DNA of 64,000 bases from the human T2T-CHM13v2.0 reference genome, Homo sapiens. The stretch lies in the NCBI RefSeq assembly GCF_009914755.1, contig NC_060925.1; one strand, given 5' to 3'. This document shows, piece by piece, positions 42,253 through 57,698 of this stretch. The first letter of the stretch is position 1. Each line of letters starts with the position of its first letter. Position numbers and translations under genes: made by a program. Below the pieces are notes generated by a model that did not search any database, was not told where the DNA came from, and saw nothing but the letters and a program-made list of their open reading frames with translations.

Positions 42253-44799
42253 TTAAGGGTACAAAATGATGGCAAATATTTAAACAACTGTGAGAGAAAG
42301 GGGAAAATAAAAAGACACAGGAAATGAAACAAAAATACATGATCAAATGAATACTGGTAGAGGGAAAAATCACATGGAAGGCAAACACTATACTTGTATC
42401 AAATGGGATGAAAACTGAAGAAAATACATTTTATTTTGCTGTTATGAACTCACTGACAACCTTAACAACAATTCATTCTGTAAAGGGAAGATTAGAAACT
42501 GGAATTCTGTTGGCTAGGGACTGAATTGAAGATGAAGAATTAAGACCACTATCTAGAGATTAATTTCTCTTCTGCAGTTTCTACTTTAAATTCAACTCTG
42601 GCAATGAAAACTGTGTAATCTTTGTATTCTAGCCATTCCACTGCTCATGGACCATCAGGGACTATTCATTACCTACACAATGAAGTCCAACATTTTTAAA
42701 TATACACTTTGCCAACCTTAAATGTATGTAACTCTGCCACAATTCCAGGTCTTTCCTGATATTGAAACAATATTTGTTTTTTAATAAATGGGTGAAAGGA
42801 GAGATATATTTTAAGTTCTTCTTTCATATATAGGTTCAAAATAGTGCAATTAAAAAATTCTGGACCAATTCAAATGCCTTGAGAAATAAAGGAATGAGAA
42901 TAAAAATTTAAGTAGTAACCAAAGGCAATAATGTGTTTTGTTAACCCTATTAAGAAAGGCACGACCTTGATATGAGTGTCATGAGAGAATAAATGAAAAA
43001 TCTTTTCAAGATCTGAATAATTTACGAGTGAGCATTTGAGGGTAGTTATTTCTGCAGTGCCTAGATAGATACTGAAACCCAAGCCTGTCACATGCAGAAG
43101 AAATATCAAAGCGAGATCAAGTCGTTCCCTGGGTTCTGAAGCTTAAACTGATGAAACGTTAACAAGATCTATGGTTATGAGGCCAGGCTGGAGCTCAGCA
43201 TTCTTACATGTTTTGACTACAGGATAACTGTGCTTAGAGGGAGCAGCAGGTCTTGGTAAGGCCAGATTTGCTTCTCTCACACCAGGGGCTATGGAGGTAT
43301 CACTATCCTGCATCTCCCAGGTCATTATTTACTACCAGTCACAAATTGACTCTTTGAGCCAGATGACATTGTCTCTTTCAGGAGGACTTACATATTTGCA
43401 TTCTGAATCATTTTGTGATGAACTTACAATTTACCTCTCCAGGAAAAATCGAAGATTAATTTCAAATCATTGAAAGCAGCTCTAATTCTGCCCATACTCC
43501 CTTCACAACACATAAAAAGAGATCTGGTGAGCAGGGGTCTTTTCTCTTGCTTTCAATTTAAATGAACACTCTACCAATTTTAAAATAATTTAAATGAGTA
43601 TCATGCCTATCGTTGAATATCATTACTTTTTAAATTTTTTAAATAAATTCTTTTTATGATGATTATTTTAGCTGAACCTGGGAATATGATTTACACTGTC
43701 AGAGCATGTATAAAACATGATAGTTACACCTTATTTTAAATACATGCTTTATTTTAAATGTTGGCTATTCATTTTAAATGCACAATACAAAGAAATCAAG
43801 CAAAAGATAAACAATTGTATTCATAGTAGTCTATGTTTTGTTTCAACTTTTTAATCCATCTAGTTTGGAGCTCTCAATTCTGGAATATGAAGCTTCATCC
43901 TTAACTGGATACTGTCCCAGAACATCTTGGAACATATTCTTGATATGAAGAAGCTGACACTATCCAGATAAGTTTCCTGTACCCAAGAATTACACAACTA
44001 TGCAACTTTTATATCCTTCGTTCATTAAATTGGCTAATATTCACCATACTATTTACAAAAGCAAATATAACACATTGACATTCCAGCTTACCTCAAAGAA
44101 ATACAGATATCCACAAAAATATATTTATTTATGTGGTCTTCACACTAGATTTTAAAACAAATAAAGAAGGATTTTTAAAGACATAGATTTTATAGAACTT
44201 ACAATAAGCAGCTGAATTCAGTATCAATTTTCTTAATCTCCTCATTTGATTTAATGTTCTTGTAAACAGATAATTGCACAAAACAGTTTCCCTTTATTCT
44301 CCTGCCCTAACCTTTACTCTGTCAATAATGAGGGCCAGAAAAAAGTGACTATTAAAAATTCTAAACACAAGCTCCCTAGATATAAGGTAAGCTCTACAAT
44401 GCAAAAAAAATCAATCTTTATCAACTAAATAATAGCTCCTACTATTTGAATCTCAGTGAAAAGTATTATTAACGGATGGTCACTATCTATTAAATACTAC
44501 AGGGAAAAAAAAACAGCATTTATTTGCTGAGCACCGTCGTAGTTTTTTTGCTTCAAACTTTCTCCCAGTTGTTCACTAGTACAAACTTTCCCCTCATATT
44601 TTGTTTTCATAAAAAATACATTGTTTGAAACTAAATATGCTACAACAGTTTTATCCTACGAAATGAAAAGAAGGACTTAAAATTGACAACAAAATAAAGA
44701 GTTTGCAAATACTTAGTAATTAAAGTGATACTGTTGACTTTTTCCTTTTCATAGCCTGTATACTATCTCTGCTAGGATGTTCCAATTATTTACCATCTA

Positions 44800-45020
44800 C
44801 CACAGACCCTTCTAAGTAAATTGCAGACATTAATTTATGTTATTCTCACAACAACTCTAAGATTAAGTGCCATTGTTTTCTCTAGTTTTATGCATATAGA
44901 AACTGATGCAGAGAGACTGGGTAATGGGATATGGTCACAGAATTAGTCAGCAATACAGAGAGATATCAAAACAGGTACATTTGGATACAAAGTTCCCATG
45001 TTTAGCCAATACGATATTCT
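44800..45020 (-). mobile_element. MIR
   Basis: attctcacaacaactctaaga...agaaactgatgcagagagactgggtaat...ggtcacagaattagtcag. Confidence 0.65.
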
Positions 45021-45859
45021 AAAATTTAGTATTGATATTCATTAGATCAATTTCATACATATAGAATAAACCAGTAACCAGGCTACAAATGTATGCTTTG
45101 ATGTTATGGCAAAAGAAAACAACAACAGCTGCAATAAAGTTTTATTAAAAGGTGTTACCAATCTACATTGTTTCTGGTAAATAAAGATAAGTACCCCTTT
45201 AGTTAACCAGTAGCAATCAAGTAGCTGCAGACACTAATTACCCAAATGTCCAGAAGAGGCCTGAAGAAGCCTGAAGTAAGCGTCCAATATGGGTCTGAGT
45301 GCTTAGGTGATATGAAAACCCAGATGGATTTGTAGAATGCAGTGTTCATTTATACAATGTAATGTAAGCACTCCTCTAGCACCCTGAGACTTAGTTGGAG
45401 AACTACAGGGCTCTGTGGCCTGCTGTATGAGCGTTCAGATATTATTTTCAACTCATATGCAAATATTCAGATTTCAAATAGAAAGATACTCTCCCAAGGT
45501 CTGAAAAATCTAGGAAAACCTAAACAAAGGAAAAATTAAAAAGTAACAATTAAGTGTAAATGCCAAAATATTTGTGCTTAACAGTTAAAAAATGTGAGCA
45601 ACTATTAAACATTAAAGAAAATTGAAAATTTAAAACAGAAAAAATTGATAAATAATTCATAATTATATATATATATGAATTATTTTTTGTTTGTGAACAT
45701 ATGCTTATAAACCAACATCAGGTAAACAGAGAAACAATCAAAGAAGAGGAGAGCTCAGGAAGGGGAGGTAGTTTGGGAGTGGGGAGCAGGGAAACACAGT
45801 GGTGCCACTGGGAAAACTTCAAATGAAGGAGAGGGGCACATAGCAGCAAAGGACTGTGA

Positions 45860-45994
<135 letters not shown>

Positions 45995-46514
45995 TAGTAA
46001 AATAAAATATTAGTAACAAAATTTCCTCATTTTATCTTATTTTTACTTCATCTTTGATTCTTTATTTCATGTTTTATTTTTGTATTTACTTTTACACATT
46101 TGTATAATTTATAATGTTCTAATTACTTATAAATAATTTTCTTTTAAAAAAGTTTCATTTTGGAAACAACTTCCAATTAAACCTATATTTCACTTTTAGT
46201 TATAATTAAATGGGACATATTTCAGAGTACAGGCTACCATGCATTCTCACAAATTCCAAAGTATTGCCTTTTCGGAACATGAATTTTATGGCAGATTTTC
46301 ACAACAGATGGAGGAGACAGGAGGGATCAGGGCTGTGAACGTAAGGCTCTCAGGGTTCCTGATAGGCAGGATAGAAGTAGAGACAAAAGGAGTCTTGCCC
46401 ATTAAATGACTGATTAATGATTCATGGATTTTTAAAAATTAGAAGATTTGAAGAGTATGTGGCAAGGTCACCAAGGACATGGACCTGACCTTCCCATCCT
46501 ACTTTGTACCATAA

Positions 46515-46710
46515 TGGCTTTAGCATCTAGGATGATGGCTTGGAAAACTTTCTTACTGAATTTTTAGATGACATCAAGGCTATAGAAGAGACAGTTATTA
46601 CATTAGAAAATTAGACTAACCTTATTTTTAAAGACCTTGATAATCCTGTGATATGAGGAGAAACATAGACAAAATTTAATAGAGGTAAACACAGATTCTT
46701 GTGTTTTTAA
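46515..46710 (+). mobile_element. L3/CR1 RT fragment (ancient)
   Basis: gatgatggcttggaaaactttcttactgaatttttagatgacatcaaggct...aaagaccttgataatcctg...aaatttaatagaggtaaacacagattcttg follows the CR1 pattern KFADDTKL...Q.DLD.L..W....M.FN..KCK.L. Confidence 0.6.
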
Positions 46711-48952
<2,242 letters not shown>

Positions 48953-49099
48953 GAGTTTAGAAAAAGAAAAAAAAAAGAAGAGGTAATGAAACAAAATTTG
49001 CCTTTATTTGAATAAGTATTAACCAAAATCTTGTTTTAACTTCAAAAATTATAAAATAAAAAGTGAACTTAGGATCAACACTAAAGAGACATTGTTAAA

Positions 49100-49545
49100 A
49101 TTCATTCATTAATATATTCTTTCAAATAATAATTTAATGCCTTATATAAACAAAATAGTGGGTATGCAATTCTGTAAAGAAATAATACCTGTCATCAAGA
49201 AGCATGCAACCAATTTGGGTAGAACCCCATAAAAAGGGCTAATTACAACATACAATTAAAAATGCATTGACAGGTATAATTACAGATTCTCAGGAATTTG
49301 TGAAGTAGAAGAACATGTTAATGAAGATGCAGAAAAATTATTTTAAATGAAATTTCATTTAAAAAACTTTGAGAAAAGAATTTTGATGTGGGGAGGAAAA
49401 TACAGGAAAAAATTTAAAATTGCGAAATTAGCTTACTAAAAAAATTGGCAGTATAGTCAGTGATTAAATAAAGATGGAATATTAAGTAGAGGCAAGATAT
49501 TAAAAGATCTTTTAATATAGGTTTAAAATTTAGATCAAACTATTT
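49100..49545 (-). mobile_element. L2 3' end; continues at ~50100-50730 and ~51135-51350
   Basis: Starts with ttcattcatt, the antisense L2 tail; purine-rich antisense L2 motifs follow. Confidence 0.5.
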
Positions 49546-49579
49546 AAAAATCTATAAAATTACAAGTTTTGCATATGCG

Positions 49580-50097
49580 TATAGAAGATTTTATTGGTGA
49601 TTTTGTTTGCAGGTCAGTAACCCAGTACTCTTGTCCCCGTCTATGTTCTCTCTTGCTTTGCAGGAACTGAACTTTGAATACCTCTTCCCAAATCTTTTGT
49701 GTGCAAAAGTCATTTTTTGCTAAATTTGGTAGATGGAAGAACATATGAAGTCACATTACAGCTCATCCAGCAGTAGGGAGCAGAACTGGGGGCTTTGAGA
49801 AAAGTTATGTTTTGTAACATCTCTTGGGCATTTAATTGCACTCACTCACTTTTATGTCCCCAGAAAGGTATGATCACTCTGTGTATTATCTTGTGCTCCT
49901 AAAACTTCTCTGAATTAGGCAAGTTATATAAAACCCTATATCTAGCAAAATATTTTCCCAATATTTTTCCTCCAGCCGTTGCAAACATTTTGTTAAGCAC
50001 TACATTAAACACTAAATTTGATTAAGCAACTTTCTATTGAAATGCCTACAGCAATTTGTAGTTTCTATTATCCTGAACAAAAACCCTGACCAATACG
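49580..50097 (+). mobile_element. Old ERVL LTR (LTR33/LTR41-like)
   Basis: 3' end actttctattgaaatgcctacagc...gtttctattatcctgaacaaaaaccctgaccaatac resembles LTR33/41 termini; splits the L2. Confidence 0.45.
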
Positions 50098-50749
50098 ATA
50101 TATGGCATGGACAAATTGAATTTAAGCAAGATATTTCAAAAGGTGGGGTGAGAAGACATTAGAATGTGTTAAGATTGGAATCAACGAGATAAAAATTTAA
50201 TTAAGATATAATAGTGAACAGAGAAAAAATACAGTTTTTATTTTGTTTTTAAGAGACATAAAGCAGTGTCAAAGCTTACTCATGTATCTAACTGAGATAG
50301 CTGAATGAATGGATATTACATTTGCTGAAACTGTAAAACCCAGAAGAAACTAGCGTTTTGGTGGGAAGAAAGTAAGGGGACAGAAGGAAGTTAATGTTAT
50401 CCTTGGGACAACCAAATGCAATGGTGGGGGTTGGGGGTAATTGGAATCTAAAGCTCAAGATAAAATCCTGGGCAACAAGTAAGAAAAAAAAATCATACAT
50501 ATTTAAGTTTAAGAGAGACCATGAGCATAAATGAAATAACAAAAGTATGCAGAGCAAGTATAAAAGTGAAATCAGAATTTGGGAGAATGCCAACAAAAGA
50601 AAGAAGAGTTTACCAAATAATCTTAAATAAAATTGAAAAATAAAAAAAAATCAGGCAAATATGCTTTCATAGAAAATAAGGGAATAAACAATTTAAAAGA
50701 AGAGGCAATTCACAAAGTATAGAATCATATTAAGAGATCAGGTAAATGA

Positions 50750-51115
50750 TGGAATACTATGCAGCCATAAAAATGATGAGTTCATGTCCTTTGTAGGGAC
50801 ATGGATGAAACTGGAAACCATCATTCTCAGCAAACTATCGCAAGGACAAAAAACCAGACACTGCATGTTCTCACTCACAGGTGGGAGTTGAACAATGAGA
50901 ACACATGGACACAGGAAGGGGAACATCACACACCGGGGCCTGTTGTGGGGTGGGGGGAGGGGGGAGGGATAGCATTAGGAGATATACCTAATGCTAAATG
51001 ACGAGTTAATGGGTGCAGCACACCAACATGGCACATGTATACATATGTAACAAACCTGCACATTGTGCACATGTACCCTAAAACTTAAAGTATAATAATA
51101 ATAAAATTAAAAAAA
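50750..51115 (+). mobile_element. 5'-truncated L1PA4-like 3' end with 18-bp TSD
   Basis: tggaatactatgcagcc...cacaccggggcctgttgtgggg...gctaaatgacgagttaatggg...; TSD aagagatcaggtaaatga at 50732-50749 and 51116-51133; tt/aaga endonuclease site. Confidence 0.94.
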
Positions 51116-51619
51116 AAGAGATCAGGTAAATGAAGCATTCTCCATTGAATACTTAATGTCAAGAGGTTAGTAGTATACATGTTTAGAAAAATTTCAGAGA
51201 CTTCATGTAAACACAGGACAGATTTCTGTGGGGTTGAGAGTGCCTAAAAGGTAAAGTGGAAGCAGTGAGTATGTAAAATACTTTAAAGAAGTTTAGCAAT
51301 GAACCAGAAGGGAAAGAGGCAAGAAATGAAGGGGGATACTGGATTGATGAACTAGTTGTTGTTTATATTTCACATTTTTAATTACAAAATTAATATTCAT
51401 AGAAATGTCAGAAAATATTCATGTAAAATAATTGATAAATCATACTTGATATATATGAAGACATACAAAAATACTTTTTAATATTAATCAATATTTATGT
51501 ATAAAATGTTTTTAATTGTGGTATAGTAAGCCTTTATATGAGAATGGAATCATTTAGTTACTCAAAGTTCTGTTTATAGAGACTTATAAATTTTTGACAT
51601 TTTTTCATTTGATATGTAT

Positions 51620-52941
51620 CACTGGTTGTTCGCTTTGCTTTGAAGGAGAAATGGCCAAACAGGTGATGAGGTACTAATTCACTGTCTGTGGCCAGTGGTT
51701 GGCTGGATGGCTAGTGATTTGGAAGGAACATTATTCAAAAACTGGTAACAAGGAAATATGGGGAAGAGGGGCAGATAAACCTCTATGAATATACAAAAGT
51801 AAAAAAAAAATGAAGTTATTTATGTCCCTTGTGAATGCTTTTCAAAAGTTGACCTCTGCAGGAGAGGATTTTAATAATAAACTGAATAGCATCATTCATT
51901 CGGTGTATATCATTTAGCTTTCTTCCTCAACCAACCCTGTCATCCATAATGGGTTCATGAAAAATGTAGCCATGTTGGCAGATAGGAAGGTTACACAGGC
52001 GTCCAGCAACGTGGACTTCCATACGCATAGGCTGACCTGGAAATAACCACAGCTGAGTGCATCATCTGCCAGCAGCAAAAGCCAAATTCGAGTCTCTGAT
52101 GGCACACCATTCCTTTGGGTGATTACCGTGAAAGGATGATTGCTTCCGCCATGGAAAGGACAGCATTTTGTTCTTACTGGCAAAAACGCTTTGCATATGG
52201 ATTTGCCTTCTCTGCACACAATGCTTCTGCCAAAAACTACCATCTGTGGACTTACAGAATGCCACATCTACCATCTTTGTATTTCACACAGCAAGGAACT
52301 CACTACACAGCAAATGAAGTGTGGCAAAGAGCCCATGCTCATGGAATTCACTGGCCTTACCATGTAGTCCACTGTTCTGAAACAACTGGCTCAACAGAAC
52401 AGTGCAAAGGCTGGCCTTTTGAATATTTAGTTACAATGCCAATGAGGTGGCAATAACATGCAGGGCAAGGGCAAGAGTCCCCACAAGGTTGTATATGCTC
52501 AGAATCAGCATCCGATACATGGTTTTGTTTCTCCTGTAGCCAGGACTCACAGGTTCAAGAATCAAAGTGTGCAAAGGGAATTGGCACCACTCACTCTTAT
52601 CCCTGGTGACTCACTAGAAAAATGTTTGATTTCTGTTCCTGCGCCTTTATGGTCTACTGACCAAGAGATCTTATTTCCAAAGTAAAGAATGCTTCCATCA
52701 GGAGACGCAACAGTGCTTCTATTGATATGAAGGTTAATAGTACTGCCCGTCTACTCAGGGCTCCTTATGCCTCTGAATCACCAGGCAAAAAAGGAAGTTA
52801 CTGTGCTGGCTGAGGTCAGTGATCCTGAATAACAAGGAGAAACTGAACAACGACTCCACAGTACAGGTGAGGAAGATTATATTTGGAATACAGAGAATTT
52901 CTTAGAGGGTATCTTAGTTTTACTATGCTCTATTATTAAGT
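51620..52941 (+). mobile_element. ERVL/HERVL internal relic: RNase H, integrase, dUTPase
   Basis: Integrase HHCC region (gttcatgaaaaatgtagccatg...gctgagtgcatcatctgccagcagc = ECIICQQ); ORF 52115-52456 QGTHYTANEVWQRAHAHGIHWPYHV is ERVL integrase core; 52690-52940 ctccttatgcctctgaatcaccaggcaaaaaaggaagttactgtgctggctg is ERVL dUTPase (LLMPLNHQAKKEVTVLA). Confidence 0.85.
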
Positions 52942-53129
52942 ACCACGTGCCTAGAATTGCATTCATTCATGGATAACACCATATTTGATTCTTTTTCACC
53001 AACTTGCTATTGGATATCTTCAGTCTTAACATTTTTCTTTTCTCCTTTTATATTATATAATGGACATTTGCATCTATATTCCATATGTTTTCACCATCAC
53101 TGATGCATCCAGTCTATTGGAACAATATA

Positions 53130-53456
53130 CAGATGCTCCTTGATTTACAATGGGGTTACATTCTAATAAGCCAATTGGAAATAGTGTCTATCATAGTCAA
53201 AAATGCATTCACTATGCCTGACCTACTGAGGCAACATAGCTTAGCCTTGCCTAACTTATGCATTCTGAGAACATTTTCATTAGAATACAGTTGTACACAG
53301 TCATCTCACACAGGGACTATTTTATAACAAAGTGTTGGATATCTTATGGAATTTACTGAATACTGTACTAAAAATGAGAAACAGATTGGGTATATGAGCA
53401 CCATCGTAAAGTAAAAAAATATGTAACTTGGACCATCGTAAGTTAGGAACTGTCTG
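53130..53456 (+). mobile_element. MER47A (TcMar-Tigger MITE) with TA TSD
   Basis: ta|cagatgctccttgatttacaatggggttac...ccatcgtaagttaggaactgtctg|ta. Confidence 0.88.
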
Positions 53457-53474
53457 TATTTCATCTTGTTTACA

Positions 53475-53534
53475 AACTGTTAGATCCAATTGACGGTTTA
53501 GTCCAACTGTTAGATCCAATTGATGGTTTAGTCC
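53475..53534. repeat. 30-bp tandem duplication (1 mismatch)
   Basis: aactgttagatccaattga(c/t)ggtttagtcc twice. Confidence 0.95.
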
Positions 53535-56500
53535 TCTTCTCCTTAGCATTTTAGACCACTTACACATACTTTATGTCCTCAGAAATTCTTTATCACTTTT
53601 ATTACATAATTTTTCCTGGTTCTAATCCTACCTTAACCTACAGCTTTTAATAATCCAGATAAATTTATTGTTTAAATACATATTACCTGAATGGCACTGA
53701 TTTTATCTGCTAAGTGCTTACTTGGAGTCTCAATCTACAAAATCAAAGTTTCTTAAAGAATCTGCTTCTCAAACAATTTTTAGAAATAACTTTATAATAT
53801 GTCTTACCTGCCCCAATAAATATTCAGTGGATATGGGAGTAAGTAAAACTACAATTTTGAGGCTACTGTATCTGATATTTACACCGAAAAATAATAATGA
53901 ACTCTCATTTGCTATAGCCAGAATTATCAACACACCTATCGAAGACTACTCAGACTTCCGTCATTGCCTAAATAAAATACTGGTTATTTTAGCTATCTCT
54001 TTTAATATTGGAACGAGAACAATCTTTATTCTTGCTTACCATACCAAGTAGTTTGATTTTTGGTTCTAATCCTACCCTAAACTACAGGTCTGAGGCTTTC
54101 GGTTTGTTCATCCTTATATAATTTTTTTAACCTGGGTACATACATTTGCCAAGGTAAGATGAGAGAAGATAGGTGAATGTGGTTGCTCCCACACTATAAG
54201 TTAGAACCACCAGTCTTTTTGGATCTTGAATCCTGTTTCCATGTCTAAATAACATTGATAAGTTCTTTTTTTATGTGATAACATTTGTCATAAGAGTTTT
54301 ATTAACCTTCCCTGCCAGCTGGCTAATTCAGTTGTGGTGTGCTCCCCTTCCTGAAACGTATCTGACATTTCTGTAAATACCTTCATTTATACAGAAAACG
54401 GGATTATGCTAGCAGCAACAGTGATCACTGTTTACATATCGGTATTTTGAAAACACGTAAATGGACTTACTAGTGACTTATTTAATATAACTGTGACTTC
54501 TACTGGAAACAAACTTTCTAAAAGTCAAGCATAAAGGAGAAAAGACAATATATTTATTTACATAAAAGTAGAAATATTGTTTAGAATTTTTTTTTCAGAA
54601 CTCAAAGGCAAACAGTGAATTGGGAATGAACGTCTGGAAATCAGAAAGAAGATAGTAAACATATTTAAGTACTTCACATAAATTTAAAATACAAATAAAA
54701 ATAATTTTGTGATAATTAATTAATAATGAAGAAATAGTTTATATCACTAACATCCAAAGCTATGCAAATTAAAAGAGCGATTTTACTGAAAGATAAAATC
54801 TCAATAATATAGCAATATTAGTTTCTTTGTGTGTGTATGTATGTCTTTTATAATTTCTAATTTCTGGAAAGAAATTAGCAATATTGCACAGCGCTGCTGG
54901 GTGTACAAAAAGAACTTACAGTTTGAGAGGGTAATTTAGTATAATATGATAAACACTTTTCAGTAGTTTCTAGGAAAATAATTGACAACCTGTCCTCAAA
55001 TTTATTTAAGAATATACCTATAATTCCCAGGTTTATAATTCTGAAGCATCTAAAAATGAAAAAAATTTCTAATAAAAAGTGTTTGATTAAATAAATTATA
55101 GGTATAATTATAGAATATATTTGAAAATAAGTTCTAAAGAATGGTTAAAATTATAAAATGGTGAGATGTTTTAAAAATCTCCTAAAGAGCTCTAAGACAC
55201 TTTTTCATGTTTGAAAGATAGAAACATTTTAAATACAAAAAGTTTAAACATAAAAATGTTAACAAAAGCTATCAGAAACTAGAATTTCATTATGTTCTCT
55301 ATGTGTATAGACAGATGATATATATATATTTATACCTGCATGCATAGTTACAGAGATAGATATAATGTGTGCATACTCATTAAAATAAAAACTAATTTGA
55401 AAAATTGATTAACTAGATAAGTTAACTAAAATATAGGGTGCTTTTCTAGAAAACTCAGGTCAAAATTTTAGCCAGTGTCTTACACACACTTGAGTAACTG
55501 CCCCTATAAATGCATACATACATACATACATACATATATACATATATAAAGGAATACATAAAGCTTTTAAAACCTTGAATAGTTCAAAGAAAGGATAAAA
55601 ATCTTCTCTCTGTGATTGAGAATTGATATGGATCTTAGAAATTATTCACAGACGTTCTCACAACTATTTCCTTATGCTTATTTAAAGGAAAGGTCACGTA
55701 AAATACAATCATTTTATTTTTCTCTTTCAGATTCCTTCTAGAGTCACTCTGATTGCATTAATATGCTAATATTAATGACTGGCCAATATTCTCTATAGTT
55801 TGTTGAGCTTTATTCCCCAAGAATATTATGGCCTGCGAATTGCAGTAATTTCAGCAACTGTGAACATCCCACGGAGAATATGAACTGGAACATTTTTTAG
55901 ATCAGCATAAAGCGTGGAAAATAAACACCACTCAGAGGATTTCCTCTCAGGTATTCATCATCTGGTTCCAAGCATGAGTCAGTTCAATTTTCCCTCCATG
56001 CTCAGGAGGTCACCACTGTGGAAGGAAGCTCTACCTTGCTTCCCATCCCATTACTCCCTTCACTCTCATCTGTAGTTTAAGGGACTGATAGAATACAGTA
56101 GCATATTATTTGAGCCTAAAGCACAATGATCTATCTGCCTTCAGAAAATTCACTACTCACCTGCTCTAACTTTCCATTCAAGAAAGAAGAGAATTAAACA
56201 TTGCAATGAATTTGTGATTATGCTATGTTAAAATGCGGACCTGGCTTAGGGAAATGACCAGAGAAAATTAGCAGACGGCTTTTAAATACTAGCCTTTAGA
56301 AACTATGAGGGTTGAAGAGAAGTGCCTTCTTGAATAGCCACTTAATTTTGTTTATGTTCCTTCTCTCCAAGGTCAATTTTGTATGTATGCACAAAAGACT
56401 GCTGCCTGCGATGTGAATCAAGAAAGGACAGGAAAAAAATTCTACTTTTAATATTTTTAGTTTGTAGACTTTCAGAAAAATTTACATCCACTTTATTAGT

Positions 56501-56709
56501 GTGAAAAATACTGTTAATTATTAAAATTCAAATATAATGTAAAGAATTATTAGCTCATTAAACTATAAATTAAAGTATCAGAATTCAAGTAAGCTAACCA
56601 GGTATCCTAGAAAAACCTAAAGAAATACAAATCCAACAAAATGATTTAGACTGTGGGGAAGGAATCAGGATATTTCAGCTAACCTAAGAGTTTTCTATAC
56701 CATAATGTC

Positions 56710-56710
<1 letters not shown>

Positions 56711-56753
<43 letters not shown>

Positions 56754-56766
56754 CATGTGTGTGTGT
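56711..56766. repeat. (GT)n(GC)n compound microsatellite
   Basis: gc(gt)~17 gcgcgcgc at (gt)5. Confidence 0.95.
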
Positions 56767-57698
56767 ATCTGAAAATAGAAAAATGAAGCAGAGAACTCAT
56801 AGAACACAGTATTCTTAATACTGTACAGTTGCTCCTATTCACTATTTCTTCTCCTCTGAGTCATTATTCCATTTCCTTTTCTCCTGATTTTCTTGACTCT
56901 ACTCTTTATATTTCTGCTTCATTCTTTGGAATTCCCTACAGTCTTTAATAACTTTATCTCTAAATGTTTTCTCCAAATGTTTACAACATCTTCACCTTTT
57001 GTTTAAGGTACAATTTCTTTTCAAACACTCTCAGTGGAAGCTAATTCATTCTCCAGTACTCATATCATAATCTCTGAAAATGTGATCAGCATCCTGTTTA
57101 GGTTCATACCCACTTTCTTCTCCCTTTCATTAGAAAAGAAACATATATTAGGGTTCGGCAACTGTACTAGCTATAGGGATTTCCTGAAAAAAAAGGCAGT
57201 ATGATTTTTACCTCCAGAGCATTTATAGTTTGCAAAAATGTTCATTATAAAAGTCATAACAATAAAGTATAATTAAAGCTATTAGAGAGAAAAGATAGAC
57301 ATCATTAAAAACAGAGCAAAAACTTTATTTTAATAATTAAGGAAAAAAATGCCCTTTGGATGTAATTTTTAACTTACATGTACAAAAGAGGAGCAGTAGC
57401 TACCAGTAGGCACTTTTGTTCTAGAAGAGAAAAAGGAAGAGTGTGTCATAATGGAAATAAGATGCATTGTATTTGGGAAGCACTGGAAATATTTATTATA
57501 GCTAATGCATAGTAAGCATATGGTAAAGGAGAAGAAGCTAAGGCTAGATAAGTCTACAAAACAGATCTTGTAGAACCTTGCTTATTGTGTTTAAGGGTTG
57601 AATTCCATTGTAAGGAAAACAAGAAGTGAATGAACCATTAAAAGGAGATGTGCTAATATATTTGCATTACTGGAAGTCCACTCTGATTGCTTTGATTA

